From assembly GCA_965214835.1 (NCBI GenBank), contig CBDCCK010000002.1, forward strand, positions 1,120,001 to 1,184,000: a stretch of DNA of 64,000 nucleotides, written 5' to 3'. This stretch comes from Nitrosopumilaceae archaeon (GTDB taxonomy: Archaea; Thermoproteota; Nitrososphaeria; Nitrososphaerales; Nitrosopumilaceae). This document shows positions 57,781 to 64,000 of the stretch, piece after piece (the stretch's first letter is position 1; the number at the start of each line of letters is the position of its first letter). The notes below the pieces were generated by a model. That model did not search any database. It worked only from the letters and a program-made list of their open reading frames with translations, and was not told where the DNA came from. A program made the translations under genes and the position numbers.

Positions 57781-60279
57781 ATGCTTGGCCTCGGACGTAC
57801 AGCCCTTCGCACAGGGCGCATGTCCAGACACGGATCACTCCTCCTGCTTGTGGCCATACTGGTGCTTTCTGCGTATACTCACCTGTGGAACCCGGCGGGA
57901 TTTCCGCCGTGGCACGTAGATGAAGCAATCTACATAGTCCAGGCCTTGGACGCCATGGATCACAAGATACTGTCCGACATACACGACCACCCGTTTCTTG
58001 GCTGGACGGTACTAGCCGGATTCATGCATGTTACGGGATACCCTGACTCTGCAACATCGAAGGATGCGTTCTCACTCGGGATGTTTTACGAGGCCCCGCG
58101 CATCCTCATGGGGCTGCTTGCGATTCTGGACACCTTTCTGATCTACAAGATAGCCGAGAGGGGCTTTGGGCGCAGGGCAGCACCAATTGCGGCGATCCTG
58201 TTCGCGGTAATGCCCATATCGCTGACGCTCAGGCTAGTCCTGCTGGACTCGATCCTCCTCCCGTTTGTCCTCTCCTCCGTCCTGCTTGCCATGTACGCAC
58301 GCGGCCCGGATCCAAAGAATAGTTCCGTCAGGGGGTGGAAGCCACTGCCGCCGTCCCCGGACAGGATACGCCTGCTGATCCTCCTGTCGGGCATCTGCAT
58401 GGGGTGTGCTATACTGACCAAGCTCCCCTCGCTTGTAATGATCCCGCTGGGTTTCGTCCTAGTCTGGTCTGCAGGCAGGAGGCCGGGGCGTGTACTGCTG
58501 TGGCTTGTGCCCGTAATCCTTATTGCGGCAGTCTGGCCCGTGTATGCGACACTGGAGGGCGAGTTTGATCAGTGGGTGGACGGCGTCTTGTGGCAGTCAG
58601 AAAGGAACGCTCAGTCCAAACTGGACTGGCTGCAATCCATATCGATAGACCTAGTGCAGGGTCAAGATCCTGACATACTGACCCATCCTGCGATCCTGCT
58701 GTCCGTCGTGATGCGGGCGGCCGTGATAGATCCAGTCCTAGCATTGCTGAGCACGGCGGGACTCATCTTTGCGGTGACCGTGCGCAACAGGTTTCTGATA
58801 CTGTGGATCGTACCCGTCCTGCTGTTCTTCGGATCAATCGGATGGGTATCGTGGTTTCACCTGGGAATGCTGTGGACTGCAATGTGCATTGCTGCTGCCG
58901 CACTGATCAGCTATGGAATCGAAAGGGTGTCGGCGGGAAGGTGGGGCCCGAGGGGGCAGCGCACGTTGTTGCTGGTGGCCGTACTTGTAATCGCGGCGCT
59001 CGGCCTGTCCACGTCGGCAACACTCGTACACTGGGACGCGATGTCTGCATACTCTGAAGCGGTATCCTTTACGCTGCAAAACTATGCGGATTCTGACGCG
59101 CAAATAGTCATGCAGGATGTTCATAAATCGTGGCTGTCAACTGTCTCCAACCTTACCGATTCAGACACAACAGATAATTTCTTTTACCACATATACCCGG
59201 AAAAAACCAAAAAGATCGTAATGGTAGACTTTGTCAGTGCAATCGAGCCGAATCAGCACGGATTGGTGGCCCAACCAAGCCATAGCAATGTGATGGCGTC
59301 TCCCAAAATGGATCAAAACAGGCGGCATGCTGAGATACATGACAGCGGCAGCAGGGTGGCCGAGTTTGAGAATCCGCCAAGACCGGACACACTGATACCG
59401 TCGATACTCCACAGGTACGGCGACCGCAGCGTGGTGGTGACATGTGATCCGACGGACATTATTGTCTATGTATACTGCAAACTCCACAAGTTTGCCGACC
59501 GCGGCGTGGTGGTGACGGAGTGGAACCCGCCAGGGTGGGCCACCATGTCCACGTACGGCCCCACCGGCCGGGCCCTCCACCTTGACGGTACCGCATATGT
59601 AACGCTTGCCGATACGCCCGGCCTCGATCTTGACGGAACCGATCCGTTCAGCATCGCGTTCTGGATCAAAATGACCGGCACCGGAGACCCCGACTCGTCG
59701 ATCATATCAAAGGCCGAGGCGGCCCTGCAGCAGGGAGTCACCGTGTGGGGCCACCCCGGCGGCGGGATCTCGTTCCGTATGACAGACGACGCGTCGAATG
59801 AGATCGCCGTCGAGACGTTCACCGGCATGGCCGACGGCTACTGGCACCACGTCGTGTTCACCTATGACGGCTCCGGGGACAGGGTCGGACTAGACGTGTA
59901 CGTGGACGGACAGATTGACAGTCTGCGCTGGATCAGCACGTCACTGTCAGGATCCGCCACAAACGATCATCCGCTTGCGATAGGCGCCGGCAGCACCGGC
60001 AGGGGGCCTGCGCAGGATATCATGCTGGATGATATCATGATATACTCTACACTGCTGCCGCCAGGCTATGTATCAGACGTGCATGAATGCCATGTGAATG
60101 CAGCTGCCGTGTCTGCCACTAGAGATGTCGGAACAGTCGGCACACCAGCCGGTGATCATGCGTGCATGGGAGACTACAGTGATGCTCTCTTGGTACACCT
60201 TGAGTTTGAGGGAGACCTGTCGGACTCCTCGGGCAGTGGAAACGGCGGCACGGAGCATGGGGACGTCAGGTATACATAG
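57781..60279 (+). CDS. GT-C (PMT/ArnT-like, GT39-type) membrane glycosyltransferase fused to a LamG/ConA-like domain
   Basis: N-terminal DE motif (HVDEAIY), DHP.LG, many TM helices, LTK.P. C-terminal ALHLDG, FSIAFWIK, WHHVVFTYDG, YVDG and LDDIMIY. TATA-like ttatttat about 25 bp upstream of ATG 57781. Confidence 0.85.
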   Translation: MLGLGRTALRTGRMSRHGSLLLLVAILVLSAYTHLWNPAGFPPWHVDEAIYIVQALDAMDHKILSDIHDHPFLGWTVLAGFMHVTGYPDSATSKDAFSLGMFYEAPRILMGLLAILDTFLIYKIAERGFGRRAAPIAAILFAVMPISLTLRLVLLDSILLPFVLSSVLLAMYARGPDPKNSSVRGWKPLPPSPDRIRLLILLSGICMGCAILTKLPSLVMIPLGFVLVWSAGRRPGRVLLWLVPVILIAAVWPVYATLEGEFDQWVDGVLWQSERNAQSKLDWLQSISIDLVQGQDPDILTHPAILLSVVMRAAVIDPVLALLSTAGLIFAVTVRNRFLILWIVPVLLFFGSIGWVSWFHLGMLWTAMCIAAAALISYGIERVSAGRWGPRGQRTLLLVAVLVIAALGLSTSATLVHWDAMSAYSEAVSFTLQNYADSDAQIVMQDVHKSWLSTVSNLTDSDTTDNFFYHIYPEKTKKIVMVDFVSAIEPNQHGLVAQPSHSNVMASPKMDQNRRHAEIHDSGSRVAEFENPPRPDTLIPSILHRYGDRSVVVTCDPTDIIVYVYCKLHKFADRGVVVTEWNPPGWATMSTYGPTGRALHLDGTAYVTLADTPGLDLDGTDPFSIAFWIKMTGTGDPDSSIISKAEAALQQGVTVWGHPGGGISFRMTDDASNEIAVETFTGMADGYWHHVVFTYDGSGDRVGLDVYVDGQIDSLRWISTSLSGSATNDHPLAIGAGSTGRGPAQDIMLDDIMIYSTLLPPGYVSDVHECHVNAAAVSATRDVGTVGTPAGDHACMGDYSDALLVHLEFEGDLSDSSGSGNGGTEHGDVRYT

Positions 60280-60345
60280 CTAGGCACAGAGCCTGCAAAA
60301 GGCCGGATCATCGCCTGCCCAAGTGCAGCAACAAGTCTGCAGATG

Positions 60346-60475
60346 GAGGTTGTCGCCTAATTCATCAAAATTCCTAAAAACCATGTGGTGTCGTCTAGAT
60401 TAGGCGTACAAAGGAAGTGGAAATTCAGAAAAGTGTGCAGATTGAGTCAGGCAGGGGGAATTAGGCGACAACCTC
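60346..60475. mobile_element. MITE family D (130 bp)
   Basis: Perfect 18-bp TIR GAGGTTGTCGCCTAATTC; exact 9-bp TSD CTGCAGATG. Confidence 0.93.
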
Positions 60476-60646
60476 CTGCAGATGATGCCGTATCCCGTAA
60501 GAGTTTACCCCTCAGGCGACGCTGTAGGTCAGAGCCTTGATCACGGTATCTGTCACGCCTCATTTTCAGGTGGGCAAGCCCTTACGACCGGCATTGTCCA
60601 GAATTTTTCCAGGAATACACAGCGCCTTTGATTACACAAAGCATAT

Positions 60647-60739
60647 GTATGTGGTCACGTCCTCCTGCTAGCTAGGCACGAAAATCACAATCATGCATGC
60701 TAATTCGTGCCTGACTGATGGGGATAGGTGACCTCATAC
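60647..60739 (+). mobile_element. MITE family A, copy 2 (93 bp)
   Basis: Same TIR; exact TSD AAGCATAT. Confidence 0.93.
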
Positions 60740-60802
60740 AAGCATATAATCATCACATATCTAGATAATTGTAATGTCCTGCACTAAAAACTACAAACCA
60801 GA

Positions 60803-61225
60803 GTGTCATTGGTGGCGTGCATGATTGGATCAGACAGTGAAATACGGGAAAACTTCAATGTGGGATCAAATGAACGGGGAGGTGACGGTAACAACAAAGA
60901 TGACACGTCACCCTCAAAACCAGCTAGGGTCATACATGGCGTGCATGTGGTAAAATGCGCCAGTTGTAATAAGGAACACAATTTTAACATGTACTTTATG
61001 GTGTTTGACTATTCGTATCCTAGCGAATGTGTTGATAATGTATTTAATTGTGCGTTCAGTGCGCTTAGAAGGGACGGGGTAATGTCAGACAATGACCATT
61101 TTGTTATCCTGTTGAATGGCAATTTGGGCCATGGTACGCCAAATGACACGATAAAACTTTGGGTATATCATGCAGAGAGCGGTAAAAAACATAGATTTCT
61201 CGTTCCTGATTTAAAATCCGCATGA
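60803..61225 (+). CDS. Hypothetical AT-rich orphan protein
   Basis: 140-aa ORF with CASC..H; lower GC than its neighbours; lies between MITE A and IS630. Confidence 0.45.
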   Translation: MSLVACMIGSDSEIRENFNVGSNERGGDGNNKDDTSPSKPARVIHGVHVVKCASCNKEHNFNMYFMVFDYSYPSECVDNVFNCAFSALRRDGVMSDNDHFVILLNGNLGHGTPNDTIKLWVYHAESGKKHRFLVPDLKSA

Positions 61226-61300
61226 TATAGCAACGAACAGAAGTCTTTGAGCCAAAACAGGGTTCATTCGAAAAGTATATTGATCGCATAACCGGCAAGC

Positions 61301-62415
61301 GTGGCAAAAGAAACAGATAGCCTGTCAGAGGCCATGCGCAAAGAAAGGGATGTCCGAGTCTACAAAAAGATCATGGCGTTGATGTTTGTGCCAGAAGACG
61401 ACATAGGCGTGCCCGAGGCTGCAAGAGGGATCCGGTGCAGTGAGAATTCCGTGCGCAGCCGGCTGGCTAGGTTTTCGGAGGACGGCATAGACGGCCTCCG
61501 GGATCTTCCCCGTTCCGGATGCAGGCCAGGGGCGGACAGAAAAAAGATTGCCGCCATAATGGACCTGTCCATTGAATACAGCAGTACCGACGTCATGACG
61601 GTGCGCGATGACACAAGGGATGCCACCGGGATAGAGTACGGTACAACATGTACGAAGACTGATGCGCCAGTACGGCCTGTCGCGCCGCAAGGTGCAAAAC
61701 GTACATGCCAGCCATGCCGCCCCAGGCCCGGCATACCCATGGCAGCGATACCTTGAAAGGTATGAGGTCACCTACCCCCATCAGTCAGGCACGAATTAGC
61801 ATGCATGATTGTGATTTTCGTGCCTAGCTAGCAGGGGGACGTGACCACATACCTTGAAAGCGTGCGTATTCCGTGCCTGAAAAAAGACGGTTTTACGCTG
61901 GTGTCATCTGATGAGGCATTCTTCGTGCAGGGCTCATACGACAGATACGTATGGGGTCCGGTCGGCACCAGAAGCGTGGCCTCGTATTCGGGGGATCACA
62001 CAAGGGTGGCCGTGTTTGGAAGCATCGCAGAAAACGGCAGGAATCTGTTCAGGACGCTTGCGGGATCGTCTACGTCGGTGCAGTTCATACAATGTCTGGA
62101 GGCGCTGCGCGAAGTCTGGCAGGGTTGCAGTCTTTTGCGACAGGTGGAGCGTGCAGAGTCACTTCCGTCGCAGAATATCTGGCGGGCCATCCCGACGTCA
62201 GGCTGATAATGCTCCCAAAGGGATCGCCGTACCTCAATGTCGTGGAAGAATGCTGGAACCTGGGCAAGCATGTCGTTTTCAGGGGGATAGTGTACAGAAA
62301 GGTCAGTGAGCTGCGGCATGCCATATCCGAATATTACAGGACGGTGTCGTTTGCCCACCTTTGCATGTACAAGTACATTTACAGATCGCCGGTCAAGGCC
62401 CTCAATTACTTGTGA
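61301..62415 (+). pseudogene. IS630 transposase, frameshifted and MITE-interrupted
   Basis: GIDGLRDLPRSG.RP, HVRRLMRQYGLS, SSDEAFF, VFCD and LPKGSPYLNVVEECW spread over different frames. Confidence 0.88.
61760..61852 (-). mobile_element. MITE family A, copy 3 (93 bp, inverted)
   Basis: Exact TSD CTTGAAAG; inside the IS630 transposase. Confidence 0.93.
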
Positions 62416-62421
62416 CCATTA

Positions 62422-62500
62422 TAGCAACGGGCAGAAGTCTTTGAGTCAAAGTTGGTCATAACTACACGTAAAAAACCTCAATTATTTCTGCTCGTTGCTA
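62422..62500 (+). mobile_element. MITE family F (79 bp, IS630-derived)
   Basis: Ends TAGCAACGGGCAGAA / TTCTGCTCGTTGCTA with TA duplication; both ends are homologous to the host IS630 ends. Confidence 0.85.
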
Positions 62501-62581
62501 TACTATACCAGAATTGATCAAATATTTTCAACGTTGTAAGGCGCCGTCATGCGTGCGCCGGTCCCTGCCACACCCGCACTC

Positions 62582-62674
62582 GTATGAGGTCACGTCCCAT
62601 TGTCGGCCAGGCATGGAAATCATAGCTGTACATACCAATTCGTGTCTGATTGGTGGGGGTAGGTGACCACATAC
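62582..62674 (+). mobile_element. MITE family A, copy 4 (diverged)
   Basis: TIRs intact, interior diverged, TSD degenerate (CCGCACTC / CCGCCCTT). Confidence 0.85.
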
Positions 62675-62854
62675 CCGCCCTTTGTAGCAAGGGTGCCGAG
62701 GAGCACCCACCAATTTCGTTTACGCCTAAGGTCTATTGTTTCACTGTATCGTATCTAGATCTTTTGGTGAAAATTTCTTGTCCTTTTTATGATTGGCTAC
62801 GCATAGTTACTATTCCTTCCAAACCGTTATTTATCTAACGGGTGGGAGCATCCC

Positions 62855-64000
62855 ATGCTTAGCCTCGGACGTACAGCCCTTCGCACAGGGCGCATGTCCA
62901 GACACGGATCACTCCTCCTGCTTGTGACCATACTGGCGCTTTCTGCATACACTCATCTGTGGAACCCGGCGGGATTTCCGCCGTGGCATGGAGACGAGTC
63001 ATCCTACATAATGCGGGCCTTGGACGCCATGGATCACAAGATACTGTCCGACATACACGACCATCCGTTTCTTGGCTGGACGATACTGGCCGGATTCATG
63101 CATGTTACGGGATACCCTGACTCTGTAACATCGGGGGATGCGTCCTCGCTCGCGATGTTTTACGAGGCCCCGCGCATCCTCATGGGGCTGCTTGCGATTC
63201 TGGACACCTTTCTGATCTACAAGATAGCCGAGAGGGGCTTTGGGCGCAGGGTAGCACCAATTGCGGCGATCCTGTTCGCGGTAATGCCCATATCGCTGAC
63301 GCTCAGGCTAGTCCTGCTGGACTCGATCCTCCTCCCGTTTGTCCTCTCCTCCATCCTGCTTGCCATGTACGCACGCGGCCCGGATCCAAAGAATAGTTCA
63401 ATCAGGGAGTGGAAGCCACTGCCGCCGTCCCCGGACAGAATACGCCTGCTGATCCTCCTGTCGGGCATCTGCATGGGATGCGCCATGCTTGTCAAGATCC
63501 CCTCGCTTGTAATGATCCCACTGGGTTTCGTCCTAGTCTGGTCTGCAGGCAGGAGGCCGGGGCGTGTACTGCTGTGGCTTGTGCCCATAATCCTTATTGC
63601 GGCAGTATGGCCCGTGTATGCGACACTGGAGGGCGAGTTTGATCAGTGGGTGGACGGCGTCCTGTGGCAGTCAGACAGGAACGCTCAGTCTAAACTGGAC
63701 TGGCTGCAGCAATACACGCCGATAGGCTTGGTACAGGGCCAGGATCCTGACATACTGACACATCCTGCAATCCTGATGATGGTTGTCATACAGATGTTCG
63801 CGATAGATCCGATTCTGATGTCTCTGGGCGCAATGGGACTCGCCTTTGCAGTTGTTGTCACGCGCAACAGGTTTCTGATACTGTGGGCCGCACCCATCCT
63901 GCTGTTCTTCGGATCAATCGGATACGTAGCATTGTACCACTTGGGAGTGCTGTGGGCTGCAATGTGCATTGCCGCAGCAGCACTGATCAGCGACGGCATC
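62855..64000 (+). CDS. Second GT-C membrane glycosyltransferase paralog (partial, runs off window)
   Basis: Colinear with the 57781 gene at offset 5074, promoter included; open frame to the window end with two 3-bp insertions. Confidence 0.88.
   Translation, partial: MLSLGRTALRTGRMSRHGSLLLLVTILALSAYTHLWNPAGFPPWHGDESSYIMRALDAMDHKILSDIHDHPFLGWTILAGFMHVTGYPDSVTSGDASSLAMFYEAPRILMGLLAILDTFLIYKIAERGFGRRVAPIAAILFAVMPISLTLRLVLLDSILLPFVLSSILLAMYARGPDPKNSSIREWKPLPPSPDRIRLLILLSGICMGCAMLVKIPSLVMIPLGFVLVWSAGRRPGRVLLWLVPIILIAAVWPVYATLEGEFDQWVDGVLWQSDRNAQSKLDWLQQYTPIGLVQGQDPDILTHPAILMMVVIQMFAIDPILMSLGAMGLAFAVVVTRNRFLILWAAPILLFFGSIGYVALYHLGVLWAAMCIAAAALISDGI

Larger units (their letters stand above)
61228..62505 (+). 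mobile_element. IS630-family element, decayed, with two nested MITEs
   Basis: TA-flanked; left end TAGCAACGAACAGAA; right end reconstructed as cctcaattacttgtgaccattacta after removing MITE F. Confidence 0.85.

Noticed and set aside
61870-61895. Programmed -1 frameshift at AAAAAAG in IS630
   Set aside because: The frame is continuous across this site; the actual shifts (about 61645 and 62110-62160) are not at slippery motifs.
60580-62541. Larger element bounded by ccttacgacc / cgttgtaagg
   Set aside because: Only an 8/10 match with no TSD, which is compatible with chance.
57901-63030. DGR-like template/variable repeat between the two GT-C paralogs
   Set aside because: Differences are not adenine-specific (C/T, T/G, G/T and C/G all occur), both copies are coding, and no reverse transcriptase is present.
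1-64000. CRISPR array
   Set aside because: The repeats are dispersed TIR/TSD-bounded elements, not regularly spaced repeat-spacer units; no cas genes were seen.

Overview
Chromosomal segment of an ammonia-oxidising archaeon (Nitrosopumilaceae/Thaumarchaeota-like; inferred from gene content and synteny; moderately GC-rich, possibly a host-associated lineage). The core (about 4.7-50.5 kb) is housekeeping: mptE/folP, guaB, pheA, csl4, dph2, tiaS, an initiator tRNA-Met with a D-loop intron, HMG-CoA reductase, a his operon without hisE, thrC plus a MoaD-ThiF fusion, cyoE, asd, late cobalamin genes, rps27e/rpl44e, adenine deaminase, thermosome and the tetraether synthase Tes. The left accessory region (1-10 kb) has two IS6-like elements with SWIM + zinc-ribbon + DDE transposases, each divergent from a small DNA-binding gene. 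One is complete (7903-10031, 22-bp TIR, 8-bp TSD) and carries passenger genes. The other lies next to an MvaI/BcnI-type restriction-modification pair and a three-gene PIN cassette bracketed by a duplicated IS end. The right accessory region (50.6-64 kb) is a surface-glycan island with an LpxA-like acyltransferase, an ATP-grasp protein, tandem GT-C genes (the complete copy fused to LamG) and a decayed IS630. Six clear MITE families and one weaker one were found by eye; several have exact TSDs, and insertions into genes hit only transposases, a transposase leader ORF and a toxin. All calls come from manual reading and motif recall, with no database searches.
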